Of a DNA stretch of 64,000 nt, positions 50,268-63,200 are shown in pieces; the first letter of the stretch is position 1, and each line of letters opens with the position of its first letter. Source of the DNA: Mobula birostris (lineage: Eukaryota); the NCBI RefSeq assembly GCF_030028105.1, contig NC_092389.1, positions 17,843,180 through 17,907,179 on the forward strand. Direction: 5' to 3'. The position numbers and the translations under genes were made by a program. A model generated the notes under the pieces. It was given only the letters and a program-made list of their open reading frames with translations. It was not told the origin of the DNA and made no database searches.

Positions 50268-51833
50268 CAAAGTTCAAAGTAAATTTTTCAACAAAATACA
50301 TATATGTCACCATATGCAATCCTGAGATTAATTTTCTTGTGGGCATTCATAGCAAATATAAAGAAACATAATAGAATCAATGAAAGACTGCAGCCAACAG
50401 GATGGACAAACAACCAATGTTCAAAAGACACAAACAATGCAAACTTAGAAGAAAAAAAGTAATATTATTAATAATAATAAAAATCAATAAATACCGAGAA
50501 GATGAGATAAAGAGTCCTTGAAAATAAGTCCATAGGCCATGGGAACAGTTCATTGATGGGCCAAGTGAAGTTAGGTGAAGTTATCCCCTCTGGTTCAAGA
50601 GCCTGATGGTTGAGGGTTAATAACTATTCCTGAACCTGGTGGTGTCGGTCCTTGAGTCTCCTCAACCTCCTTCCTGATGGTAGCAGTGAGAAGAAAGCAT
50701 GGCCTGAGTGGTGGGGGTCCCTGATGATGGATGCTACTTTTCTGCAACAGCACTCTGCATAGATGTGCTCAATGGTGGGGTGGGCTTTACTCATGATGGA
50801 CTGGGCCGCATCCACTATTTTTTTAGGCTTTTCTGTTCAAGGGCATTGGTGTTTCCATACCAGGTTATGATGCAACCACTCAGTATACTCCACACCACAC
50901 ATATATGGAAGCTTGTCAAAGTTTCAGATGACATGCTGAATCTTCACAAACTTCTAAGAAAGTAAAGGCACTGCCGTGCTTTCTTTGTAATGGCACTTAA
51001 GAGCGGGACTCAGGACACCTCCAATCCCCTGATGAGGACCGGCTCCTGAATCTCTGGTTTCCTCCTCCTGAAATCAATGGCCTTGCTGAAATTGTGTGAA
51101 AGCTTGTTGTTGTGGCACCACTCAGCCAGATTTACAATCTCCCTCCTACATGCTGATTCGTCACCTTCTTTTATTCAGCCTACGATAGTGGTGTCATCAG
51201 CAAACTTAAATATGGCATTGGAGGTATGCTTAGCCTTACAGTCATAAGTATAAAGTGAGTAGAGCATGGGGCTAAGCACACAGCCTTGTGGTGCGCTTGT
51301 ACTCATGAGGATTGTGAAGGAGATGTTGTCTAACCGAATTGACTTGGATCTGCAAGTGAGGAAGTTGAGGATTCAGTTGCTCAAGGAGATATTGAGGCCT
51401 AGGGATGATATTGTTGAATACCAAGCTGTAGTCGATGAAGAACTTCTTCACTGTCCAGATGTTCCAGGGTTGAGTGAAGAGCCAGTGAAATGGCATCTGC
51501 TATTGACCTATTGTGCTGGTAGGCAAATTGGGGTAGATCCAACACCTCTCAGGCAGGAGTTAAATTGTTTCATCACCAAAATCTCAAAACACTTCATCGC
51601 AGTGGCTGTACCATAAATGTTACTGGACGATAGTCATTGAGGCAGGTCATCACATCATTCATAGGCATCAATAGAATTGAAGCCTGCTTAAAGCAAGTGG
51701 ATACCGCAGACTGCCAAAGCAAGAGGTCAAAGATATCGGTGAGCACTCCAGCCAGCTTATCAGCATAGGTCTCCAGTACTCGGCCAGGTACCCTGTTTGG
51801 GCTGGATGCTTTCCATGGGTTCACCCTCCTGAA
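50268..51833 (-). mobile_element. Rex1/Babar element, degenerate
   Basis: NDYRPVT, FIDYSLVFNNIIP and SIIRDPHHSGHAFF; (aagttca) tail. Confidence 0.85.
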
Positions 51834-52334
51834 GTGTTTTTGAATTAAGCATAAAATAGCAATGGTTATTTCATTCTTACAGGGAAAATGAGCCTGGATA
51901 AAGAAATTGCCTTTTCACTGGTAAGGCGAAACTTAACTTTATTTCCCAGTAAAAAGTACTTATCAAGCTGATGCAGTGCTTAATTTTTCTAAACGTGGAA
52001 GCACAAAAACAAGAATCTTCAGCCTTTTGGTATAACTTGCAATCTATTGGAATAAATCATCCATGGAAGAAAATAAACTAGCAAGTCAATCACATCAACG
52101 CATCTGTGCTACCTAAAGAAAAACAAAAATTGATGAAATGCTTTGGGCAGAAAAGCACAACCAAAGATTAAAAAGCCTTGACTTGCAAATGGTGGCTTGT
52201 GATGAGATCGTCAAACACTATATAGAAAGGAGCAGTGCTATAAATATCAACTTACACAATTGTTTCCTGATGTATTATGCCTAAAAAGCAGTATAATATG
52301 ATAAATGAAAATTGGTGACAGTAAGCAAGATTAG

Positions 52335-53740
52335 AATATAGAACATAGAACAGACCTTTGGCCCACAGTTTTGTGCCAACCTTTTAACCTACTCTGAGAT
52401 CAATCTAACCCTTCCCTCCCACATAGTCCTCCATTTTTTGATCATCTATGTGCCTATTTAAGAGTCTCTTAATATTCCTAACCTATCTCCAACCACCACC
52501 CCTACAGCGTATTTCACACCCCCAACACTCTGTGTTTTAAAAAAACTTGTCTCTGACATTCCCCACCCCCCCACACACATTCCTCCAATCTCTGTAAAAT
52601 TATGCCTCTTTATATTAGCCATTTCCACCCTAGGAAAAAGTCTCTGGTTGTCCACTCGATCCATGTCTTTTGTACACCTATCAATTCCATTCTCTTCACC
52701 TCATACTACATTCTACCACTCACCCATACATTAAGGTCAATTTACAGTGGTGAATTAACCTACCAACCAACACCCAAAGGAAACATATAGTTACAGGGAG
52801 AATGTGAACACTCCATACAGACAACACCCAAGGTATTAGCCTCTACCCCCGCCCCTGACAGCACATTCTATGCACTTACTACTTACTCTCTATGTACAAA
52901 ACCTATCTCTGACATCTTCCCTATACTTTCCTCCAATCATCTTAAAAGTATGTCCTCTGGTATTAGCCATTGTCACCCTGAGAAAAAGTCACTGGCTGTC
53001 CACTCTGTCTATACCTTTTATCATTTTATACACCACTATCATTTTATCATTTTATATACCAATTTGGTCTGTCTCCTAAAACCCTCACTAATTTTTATAG
53101 ATGCACCATAGAAAGCATTCTTCTAGGGTGCATCACAACCTGGTATGGAAGTTGTCCTGCCCAAGACCGGAAGAAGCTGCAGAAGATCGTGAACATGGCA
53201 CAGCACATCACACAAACCAATCTTCCGTCCTTGGACTCACTTTACACCGCACGCTGTCGGAGCAGTGCTGCCAGAATAATCAAGGACACGACCCACCCAG
53301 CCAACACACTTTTCCTCCCTCTTCCCTCCAGGAGAAGGCTCAGGAGCTTGAAGACTCGTACGGCCAGATTTGGGAACAGCTTCTTTCCAACTGTGATAAG
53401 ACTGCTGAACGGATCCTGACCTGGATCTGGGCCGTACCCTCCAAATATCCGGACCTGCATCATGGCTTTTTTGTACTACCTTACTTTCTATTTTTCTAAT
53501 TTTCTAATTTTTCTATTTATGATTTATAATTTAAATTTTTAATATTTACTATTGATTTGTAATCCAGGGAGCGGGAAGCGCAGAATCAAATATTGCTATG
53601 ATGACTGTACGTTCTAGTATCAATTATTTGGTGATAATAAAGTATAAAGTATAAAGTATCAAGTTGCCTCTCATCCTCCTTCAGTCCCAAGGGAAAAGCC
53701 CTAGCTCGCTCAGCCTTTCTTGATAAGACATGCTCTCTAT
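52335..53740. mobile_element. Cluster of CR1 3' fragments (minus), a V-SINE piece and a young Rex1-like 3' end (53085-53660, plus, (TAAAGTA)n tail)
   Basis: MDRVDNQRLFPRVE (CR1); ARIIKDTTHPANTLF...RFGNSFFPTVIRLLN (Rex1). Confidence 0.75.
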
Positions 53741-53879
53741 TGAAGTATGGGAATTGATGTAGGTTTTGAAGAATTGAGATGACTTGGTTAGGAAAGGTCC
53801 AGGGACAGGATTCTGGATTGTGCAGTGGAATTATCTGCAAGTTCCTGCAACAGATAGTAGAGAAATTAAATGGAAAGAT

Positions 53880-54750
53880 AAATAGATAGACAGATAGATA
53901 GATACTTTATTGATCCCAAAGGAAATTACAATGTCACAGTACCATAACAACTGGACAGATATAAATATTAGAAGAGAATGAAAAAGAACAAAAAAAAGTT
54001 ACCGTAAGCAGTCTAACAGGAGGAAGTCACCACTTCCTCAGCTATAGATTGACTTATTATGGAGCCTAATAGTTGAGGGTAAGAATGACCTCATATAGCA
54101 CTCTTTGGAACAGTGCAGTTGTCTTAGTCTATTACTAAAGTGCCTCTCTGTTCAGCCAAGCTGGCATGCAGAGGGTGAGAAAATTGACCAGAATTGCCAG
54201 GATTTTCTGTAGGGTCCTTTGTTCTACCACAGCCTCCAGTGTGTCCAGTTTGACTCCCATAACAGAGCCAGCCTTTCTAATCAGTTTATTGAGCCTGTTG
54301 GCATTACCCATGTTGATGCCTTTGTCCCAGCACTCCACTGCATAGAAGATTGTTCTGGCAACAACAGACTGGTAGAACATGTGAAGGAGAGGCCTGCATA
54401 CTCCAAAGGACCTCCGTCTCCTCAGGAAGTACAGGCAACTTTGGCCCTTCTTGTACACATCTTCCGTGTTGGTGCTCCACTCAAGTCTGTCATCTAGGTG
54501 CACCCCCAGGTACCTGTAGGTCCTCACCAGATCCATGTCTACACCATCAATAGTAACAGGGAGCAGTGCAGGCTTAGTCTTTTTAAAATCCATCACGATC
54601 TCCTCTGTGTTACTGATGTTGAGCTGCTGATGATTCAGCTTGCACTATTTGACAAAGTCCTCCACCAGGGCCCTGTATTCATTCTCCTCTCCTCCCTTTA
54701 TATATCCAACTATTGCTGAGACATCAGAGAATTTCTGCAGATGACGTAAC
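53880..54750 (-). mobile_element. Rex1/Babar-related element 3' part with (GATA)n tail
   Basis: ORF 54135-54596: YRYLGVHLDDRLEW...LYFLRR.RSFGV...FYQSVVA. Confidence 0.85.
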
Positions 54751-55814
54751 TGCAGAAGGGCGGTGATAGTGATGACCCACTGGAAGCCAGAGGCAGAAAA
54801 GTGGAAGACTCCATCAGAATTAGAGAGCTAAATAAGAAAACACACAAAAAAAAGAGATAGTAGCTCCTTCATGGATTTGTGCAGGCAGTAAAATTCCAGT
54901 GAAATAGCGAGCAGCAGAGCAGGAAGAGGAATGGTTTCTGTGAGTAGTTTCTATCCCAGTGATGAGCAGCTCCAATTTCACACTGAATGTGATAACATAT
55001 TAATGTTGTGGTAGTCTTCATTCAATCTCAGGTTGGAAAAGATAGCGTTGTATTATCTCTTTAACGGAAAGGAAGACATCAATGGCGCATGTTGCTGTAG
55101 ATCTATTTTCGTATTATTGAGCCTGTCACGGTGTGCTCTCGCTGGACTGGACCCAAGTGCATGGGAACGGCAGGCTCCCTCTGACACAGCAGCTGCTGGC
55201 GCCACCTCAACCCAGGTGCGGTGGAAAGTGGCCTCAGTCACGGGAAGCAGTGACAACAATTCGAGTCCTGGAGTGGAGGGCAGTAGATTACCCACGAAGA
55301 GATGGAAACAAAAGGTTAAACATCGGAATACCACCATAGCCTCAGAGGAATGACTGAGCGACACCACGAGGCAAATCATTTCCTCCAACACAATGACTCC
55401 ACGAAGGCACTAAATGAGAGTCCACTTTGAATAATCAGAGAATGTGGGAAACATGTGCCAGGTACTAACTTGACAAGATTAAACTGAAAGCACTATGGCT
55501 TAACAGTTCTAGTTAAGATAACTGTTAGTAAATACAGGTGCTCAAGAAACATAGAAGAGCAATGCTCTACAGCAAGCTGCAGAGGCCCAGAGGGCTCATG
55601 ACAGAACCAATCACTCAAATAAAGCTGAGTTGTAGTTTCATCTTCGCCACCTGAGAGGCCACCTGGAAAGTTCATTGCACAACCTTTATAGATCTGAACA
55701 AATTTTCATTCATTGAAATCAATGGGTCGACATTCAGGTATTTGTCACTCTCCAAAGAGAAAGCAATAAATCCCCAGCATTGGATTAAAACCCCTTATTT
55801 GATTCAACATTGAT

Positions 55815-56385
55815 TAACTCACTAGTTGAGGCCTTTCGTTGGCTGGGGTCAAACATGGATACTGTGTCCCAGCTGTGTATGTGATACATAAGCCAGTAAG
55901 CAAACCAAGGCAGTACGATATGGAGAGCAAGCTGTTGCCTATGTAGCAGGTTCCCCTCTCCAAGCAGTTGATGAATCCAAAGGAACGGTAGAGACTGATA
56001 CAGTTTGGCACCAGCGACATCGCAGGAATAGACAGTCAGCGTTGAATTCAACGTAGAAGTGCTGAGGGACTCCAGCTCTGGAGTTTTCTACGAGGTTTAC
56101 TCTTGAGGTCTTCCCGTTGAGTGGGTATAGCTGCAAGGTAGAGAAGGTTTGAGTTCGGAGTTTTCCTTCTCCTAGATGCTAATGATGGCTGATGAGACCC
56201 ATCTGCCTGAAGAGTCTGGTTTTAAGGTGCTAGTAACCTGCCTTTGCCCCATCTTCCATCAGTAGAAATGGTTCCACCAGGCTTAATAGCCAACCGTGAA
56301 GGCCAGAAGCTGAACTTGTTTGTCAGAGGCTATTTCAGATGCACATCATTGGGAGCATTTAATAGATAGTGAGAGCTTATATCCA
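55815..56385 (-). mobile_element. RTE 5'-UTR-derived non-autonomous element
   Basis: Reverse complement carries ggcagatgggtctcatcagcc...catctaggagaaggaaaactc, recognised as an RTE 5'-UTR-type motif; shares about 110 bp with the SINEs at 57204 and 61216. Confidence 0.5.
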
Positions 56386-57203
56386 CTACCTCCCCAGCAA
56401 TGTCAACCTTAAGCAACCACCCACTAGTTACACATCACTTAAGGTGGATGAAATATCACCCATGAATAATGAGACATATCAAATAAAGCAGGAACTTCAC
56501 ATGCACGGTGAAAGCTTAGAAAAATGTAGTTGTAACTGTAAGGTGAGAAACTTCAAGAGTGAAAAACTTGGTGAGAAAGAGAATATTCTTCCCAAAGGGC
56601 AGAACGTCTAGGAAAGGTCATGCCTGCATAGAAGTTATACTCACTTGATGGGTTTATTTGCCATCTTTTCTTGAATGAGCTATTCAACTCTGAATAAAAT
56701 AAATACTATAGAGACCACGTGCCTTTTATTTGCTATTTTCAGTTATAATATGGTTGGTGGTAACAGTCTATTCATGTTTAAGGATTCCCACATCAACTTA
56801 CAGATCTGAATAATGTGTGCAATCACTCCTCCTTTGATAAGAAGTGAACTCAGTGTCTTCACGTTCTATGAACTGTGCCAAACAATAGCTTAATATCATA
56901 ATTGCTCATATTCACTTTTAGAAATCTGGAGTGGTCTTAAAATGTGTATGAGAAGAATAATTTCTGGCAATTATACTTTTGTAATGTGCACCAAGCAAAG
57001 AAGGGAAAAGCTAAATTCTGAAACTAATGCTTGCCAAAGCTTTAAAATATTTCAATATAACACTTAAGAGCTAAGGGTGTATGAAATAATGGCTGCCTCT
57101 CATCAGAAGTTAAACAAGAAATTCCTTTGTGGTTTCTCATTGTGTTTGCTTTCCTTATTTATTCTAAGTTATTATTTTAATGCCACTAAGTTATTACTTT
57201 AAT

Positions 57204-57511
57204 GCACCTGGCCAAGTGCTTAAGCCATTGACTAGCTACCTGAAGGTCGTGAGTTCGAGCCCCAGCCAAGGGAACGTGTTGTGTCCTTGAGCAAGGCACT
57301 TAATCACACATTGTTTTGCGACGACACTGGTGCCAAGCTGTATGGTTCCTAATGCCCGTCCCTTGGACTACATTGGTGTCGCAGAGAGGGGAGACTTGCA
57401 GCATGGGCAACTGCTGGTCTTCCATACAACCTTGCCCAGGCCTGCGCCCTGGAGAGTGAAGACTTTCCAGGCGCAGATCCATGGTCTCGCAAGACTAATG
57501 GGTGCCCTTTA
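57204..57511 (+). mobile_element. tRNA-derived SINE with a CORE-like block and RTE-related body, copy 1
   Basis: A box TGGCCAAGTG, B box GTTCGAGCC, then GTGTTGTGTCCTTGAGCAAGGCACTTAA; colinear with 61216-61530. Confidence 0.8.
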
Positions 57512-58159
57512 AAAAATTTTAATGCCACATTCTATCTTTTGTGATATTGCAGTGAACTTCTGCTTCTCCTACCACTCATCCTAACTTTTTAAGACACAGT
57601 AAGTCTCCATTCCATGTTCACTTGGCTTCCGTCACTTCTCCACTCTTTTAAAGGGAAGGACAGTTTTTGTTCTGTTGTCCTAACAGGTTTAAACTCAATG
57701 GAGATTAACATTGCTGACTCTGTATGTGGAAGAGATGTGCCTCTGCTTTCAACCAGGGTAGTTAAAAATTTTTCAACAAAAAATATTTTTTTGGTGCTAT
57801 TTATCTTGCACCAAAAGAACACAGGACTAGAAAAGGCTTTTCAGCCCTTGAGCCCTCTAGCTTATTGTAGCATTCAACCTGAACACAGCTCTGTGCATTT
57901 AGGCCACATTCTTCGATACTCTTTGCTACTGGAATCTTTTCAGCATTAGACTTAAAACTTAGTCGGGAAAGTTGACGAATTTGATAGTGCTAATGAGGAC
58001 TGGGAATTGTATATTGAGAGGGTTGAACTAGATTGTAATGCTAACGATGTGGACAAGGTAAAGAAAGTCTTCACCCTTCTTAGCTTAATGGCTGCTAGAA
58101 CGTACAGTCTCTTATGCAATTTAGTAACTCCTAAAAAGTTTGGATGAACTGGTCACCCA

Positions 58160-59765
58160 TTATAAGACCATAATACATAGGTTCAGAATTAGGCCATTCC
58201 AACATTATATTTCATTTGCCACTTTCTTGCTCATCTCCTAATCTGTCTAAGTCCTTCAGCAGCCTACCTGTTTCCTCAACACTACCTGCCCCTCCACTAA
58301 TCTTCGTATCATCTGCAAACTTGGCAAGAAAGCCATTCCATCATCTAACTCATTGATATACAGCATAAAAAGAAGCAGTCCTAACACTGACCCCTGCAGA
58401 ACATCACTAGTCGCTGGCAACCAACCAGACAAGGATCTTTTTATTTCTACTCATTGCCTCCCACCAATCAGCCAATGTTCTAACCATGCCAGTAACCTTC
58501 CTGTAATACCATGGGCTCTTAACTCAGTAAGTAGCCTTATGTGTGGCACCTTGTTAAAGACCTTCTGAAAATCCAAATACACAACATCCACTGCATCCCC
58601 TTTATCTATCCTACTTGTAGTCTTCTCAAATAATTCCAACCAGTTCGTCAGGCAAGATTTTCCCTTAAGGAAACCATACTGACTTTGCCCTATCTTGTCC
58701 TGTGTCACCAAGTACTCCATCACCTCATCCTTAACAATTGACTCCAACATCTTCCCAACCACTGAGGTCAGGCTAACTGGTCTATAATTTCCTCTCTGCT
58801 GCTTTCTTCATCTCTTAAAGAGTGGAGTGACATTTGCAATTTTCCAGTCCTCTCGCACCATGCCAGAGTTAAATGATTTTTGAAAGATCATTACTCATGC
58901 CTCTACAATTTCTACCACTACCTCTTTCAGAACCCTAGGGTGCAGTTCATTTTGTCCGGGTGACTTATGCATCCTTAGGTCTTTCAGATTTTTGAGCACC
59001 TTCTCACTCACTGCACTCACTTCTCTTCCATCACACCCTTCAACATCTGGCACACTGTGAGTGTCTTCCACAGTGAAGGCTGATGCAAAATACTCATTTA
59101 GTTCATCTGCCATCTCTTTGTCCCCTGTTATTATTTCTCTGGCCTCGTTTTCTTGCGGTCCTATATCAACTCTCATCTCACTTTCCTTTTTTACATACTT
59201 GGAAAAGCTTTTATTATCCACTTTGATATTGTTTGCTAGGTTGCTTTCATATTTCATCTTTTCCCTTCTAATGATTTTTTTAGTTGCTCTCTGTAGGTTT
59301 TTTATAAACTTCCCAATCCTCTGTCTTCCCATTAATTTTTGCTTTGTGTATGCCCTCTCTTTTGCTTTCACATTAGCTTTGACTTCCCTTGTCAGCCACG
59401 GTTGTACTATTTTTCCATTTGACTATTGTCTTTTGAATAAATCTATCCTGCATCTTCCTCATTTTTCCCAGAAACTCACACCATTGCTGCTCTGCTGTCA
59501 TCCCTGCCAGCATCTCTTTCCAATTTGCTTTGACCAACTCCTCTCTCATACCACTGTAATCTCCTGTACTTCACTGAAATACTGCTACATTAGATTTTAC
59601 TCTCTCCCTATCAAATTTCAAGTTGAACTCAATCATATTGTGATCACTGCCTCCTAATGGTTCATTTACCTTAAGCTCCCTAATCACCTCTGGTTCATTA
59701 CATAACTCCTAGGGTATTGCTGATCACCTAGTAGGCTCAAGGACAAACTGCTGTAAAAAGCATTC
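58160..59765 (-). mobile_element. CR1 LINE with an internal deletion, inserted in the Gypsy
   Basis: ORFs 58451-58762 (YLDFQKVFNKVPH) and 58895-59371 (KSPGQNELHPRVLKE); the 3' tail is joined directly to RT at about 58200. Confidence 0.9.
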
Positions 59766-61215
59766 CTAAGAGTCCACTCTTATGACATAGATTTCAAGGG
59801 TACCAAACAACACAACAATCCTGTTGGCTTGTCACATTTTCCACTGTTGACAACTGAAGAAGAAAAGTCTTCATTCTGTGACCCAGCAGAGGTGTTACAC
59901 TCAGCATTAGTGGACCAGCTGACAGTAACACATTCTGAAATACAAAGGGAAACAAGGAATGACCTGACATTGTCAAAAGTCTATGACATCACCATGCAAG
60001 GATGGCCAGCTCATGGCAATCCTGTGTTTCCAGAGTTCGCAGTGAGACAAGACCACTTGTTGGTATGTCAGTGAACCCTGATGAGTGGATCTCGTGTTGT
60101 GGCTCCCTCTAAACTGCACACCAGAGTGTTAGAAATTCTGCATGAAGGACAACTGGGGGCAGTCAAGATGAAGAGTCTCACCTGGAGTTATGAGTGGTGG
60201 TCAGGAATAGATAGACAGATTGAAGACTTGACCAAAAGCTGTTTGAGATGCAACAAAATTCAAAATGCACCCCCACAAGCACTGTTACACCCATAGGAGT
60301 GGCCATCGTAACCATGGCAAAGAGTACACATTGATTTTGCTGGGCCATTCATGGACTGCATATTTCTGATTGCTGTGGATGCTCATTTGAAGTGGCTGGA
60401 AGTCATATCAATGCGGTCAACCACATTAGAAAAGATTGTTTCTGCTCTGGGGGCTATCTTCTCCAGAAATGGCTTACCTGAACAAATTGTGAATGACAAC
60501 ATACCACAATACATGTCAGAAGAGTTCAGACTGTACCTGAAGAAAATTGACATCAGACATTTCAAGTCAGCTCCTCACCACTCAGCAACGAATGGGTTAG
60601 CTGAAAGGTTTATCCAAACCTTCAAGTCCATTAAAGCAATGGACGAGGAGGACATTTCTCTTCAGCACAAGGTGGACAACTTTCTTTTTGTGTATTGGAA
60701 CTTTGTTCATGTGATGATAAATCGAACATCTGCAATGCTGTTCATGAGCAGGAATCTGAGATCTCGTATAGACCTCCTGAAACCAGATCTACGGGGAGGG
60801 GGAGTGCAGAATAAACAGTTCAGCCAGTTGCCAAGTGAAGCAGCAAGGAGCTTCGAGGTTGGACAGGAAGTCCTTGCGGATGTTGGAGATCAGATATGGA
60901 GATGTCATGTGCACCAGATACTGGTTGCTCAGCCAAAGAACACATCTGAGTCAACTGCATCCAACAAGATGGACACATTACAGTCACAGGACTTACCTCT
61001 TGGTGATGATCATGTCACTGACACCTACAACAGAGAAAGTTGTCTTTGAAAAGACACTGGCCAAACCTCATGCCACTTAATAGGTCTAAAGGCACTATCC
61101 TAAAATAAACAGAGTGCCTCCCAAAAGACTGAATCTTTAGAATTGTGAAGTTAGTTATGGACTGCTGTTGTGAAAGCATGTTTATTTAAATATGGTCTGT
61201 TAAAAGGGAAATTGT

Positions 61216-61530
61216 GGGCACGTGGCCAAGTGTTTAAGGCATTGGACTAGCAACCTGAAGGTCGTGAGTTCAAACTCCAGTCGAGGGAACGTGTTATGTC
61301 CTTGAGCAAAGCACTTAATCACACATTGCTCTGCAACAACACTGGTGCCAAGCTGTATGGTTCCTAATGCCCTTCCCTTGGACAACATTGGTGTCATGGA
61401 GAGGGGAGACTTGCAGCATGGGCAACTGCTGGTCTTCCATCCGAACTTGCCCAGGCCTGCGTCCTGGAGAGTGAAGACTTTCCAGGTGCAGATCCATGGT
61501 CTTGCAAGACTAACGGATGCCTTTATTTTT
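61216..61530 (+). mobile_element. tRNA-derived SINE, copy 2, with an approximately 15-bp TSD
   Basis: Flanks TTAAAAGGGAAATTG / TTAAAGGGGAAATTG. Confidence 0.85.
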
Positions 61531-61739
61531 TTTAAAGGGGAAATTGAATGTTTGTTATATTAATCTAAAGAGGGAAGAAGTGTAATGTATGGATCTATAT
61601 CTTTTAGTGCAATGACTCTCCTTAGCACTAATTGACTGATAACTTATGCATGTGCATTAATTTGTTGCTTTCTCTGCAAAGTGAATATACATGTTCTCCG
61701 AGTGCATGCCTTTATTTATTTGAGATGTAGTTGTACAGA

Positions 61740-63200
61740 CATAACAGTGGCAATCTTCCCTTTTGAACCAATATAGAGTGTGTACTGAAGTTATTCTCAC
61801 AGTGCTGTTAGGTGGGATGTTCCAGGATATTTTGCCAGTGATAATGTTGGAAAAGTGATATGCAAGACAGGTTAGAGTGTGACTCAGAGTGAACTGGAAG
61901 ATTCCCATGCATCTGTTGCTTTTGGTCTTCAGGGTGGTAGAAGTTACAGGAGCTGCCAATGAAGCTCTGGTATGTTGCTGTATTGTATTCAGGTTTGCTC
62001 ATTGTTTGCCCCCAGTCAATATTGTCGCAGTTGTTGAAAGCCCAAGGCATTGCAGCAGTAGTTCCTCAGGATCAGACTTAATTGCTTTTAGTTATTTCAG
62101 CAAACACTTTCACTCTACTATAAATTCAGAAGCAAAGACCAGTTCCCTGATGATCTTATTCAGTTACATTGGCCAATGACCAGATAATAAAATATTCCAC
62201 CATGAAAGTAGCAAACCTCAGACGACATTCAGACTTGGGCAGATATGAAACCTATTTAAACAGCAACTCAGTACCAGACAGTGATCATCTTCAACCAGAA
62301 ATTCTGAACAACTAGTTTTGAATTTCAATGGAGCCATCATCATCATATCTTCACCATCAATAACCAGCAAGTTATCATTGACCAAAAATGTACCTAGACC
62401 AGTCACTTCAACATCATTGTCATTTGATCAGAATATGGATACTCTGTAGTGAATGCCTGAATTCCTGACTTTCAAAACCTTGGTTTACCCCAAAAGGCCA
62501 AAGACATATGTATTAAGGAATAGTCTCACCTACATACAATAAGGAGGGATGGCACAAAGGAGGGCAAAATGGTCTAATTGACGGGCAAAATATGTGCCAC
62601 ATTATGCACCCATCTCTTTTGCAATCAGTGTGCCATAGCTTCCAGGGTTGCTTAGTGTCACACTCAATCAAATGTTGCTTAGATGTCATGGGGAATGACT
62701 CCTACCTCCCCTCTGAAGCTCAGCTCCTGTGATACTATTGGGGCTAAGATCTGGAGAATGTAGAATCTAAAACTAGCATCATTGAGCGGGATTATTAGTG
62801 ACTAGGAGCCAGTTGATAGTACAGTGGATGACCTCTTCCATTATGTTACTGAGGACTGAGTGTAGGCGGATAGAATGCTAATTTGATACATTGAATTTAT
62901 CTTCCATTTTACTTTCAGAGCACAATTGGTCAATTTTCCATATGTCTAGGCGGATACCAGTATTTTAGTTAGATTGAAATCGTTTGGCTGGGGTGACAGT
63001 TATTTCAGGTCCAAAGCCTGTGCTGGATCCATTGTTTTCAGCTGTTTCTTGGTGTCATGGAGGTGTGAATCAAATTGAGCTTTCAGGAGTATGTTGAAAT
63101 AGTTTATACATCTGACGATACCATAGATGGCTATGAATAGTTTTTGCCCTGGCCTTTGTGATCACTGGTGGGGCGGGGGTTCCCAATGACATTATTCATC
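61740..63200 (-). mobile_element. Ancient CR1-like LINE remnant
   Basis: Decayed 3' region (KISWNIPPNSTV..TSVHTLYWFK...H) and RT-like stretches. Confidence 0.5.

Larger units (their letters stand above)
57955..61640 (+). mobile_element. Gypsy LTR retrotransposon remnant (gag start, integrase, PPT, start of 3' LTR) with CR1 and SINE insertions
   Basis: gag-like EDWELYIERVEL; ILHEGQLGAVKMKSL; HIDFAGPF; GLPEQIVNDN; SAPHHSATNGLAERFIQTFK; PPT aaagagggaagaag followed by TGTAAT at 61581. Confidence 0.88.

Noticed and set aside
55104-55510. GC-richer stretch with overlapping 106-112-aa ORFs
   Set aside because: Begins TGTCACGG..GACCCAAGTGCA like the LTR at 37679, so it is probably a decayed LTR; the other terminus is unclear.
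55645-55665. CTCF-like motif (also at about 9853-9866)
   Set aside because: Poor match to the 5' half of the consensus.
57204-57270. tRNA-like A/B boxes
   Set aside because: SINE head, not a tRNA gene; no cloverleaf or terminator, and duplicated at 61216.
59061-59657. 198-aa hydrophobic plus-strand ORF
   Set aside because: Antisense shadow of CR1 ORF2.
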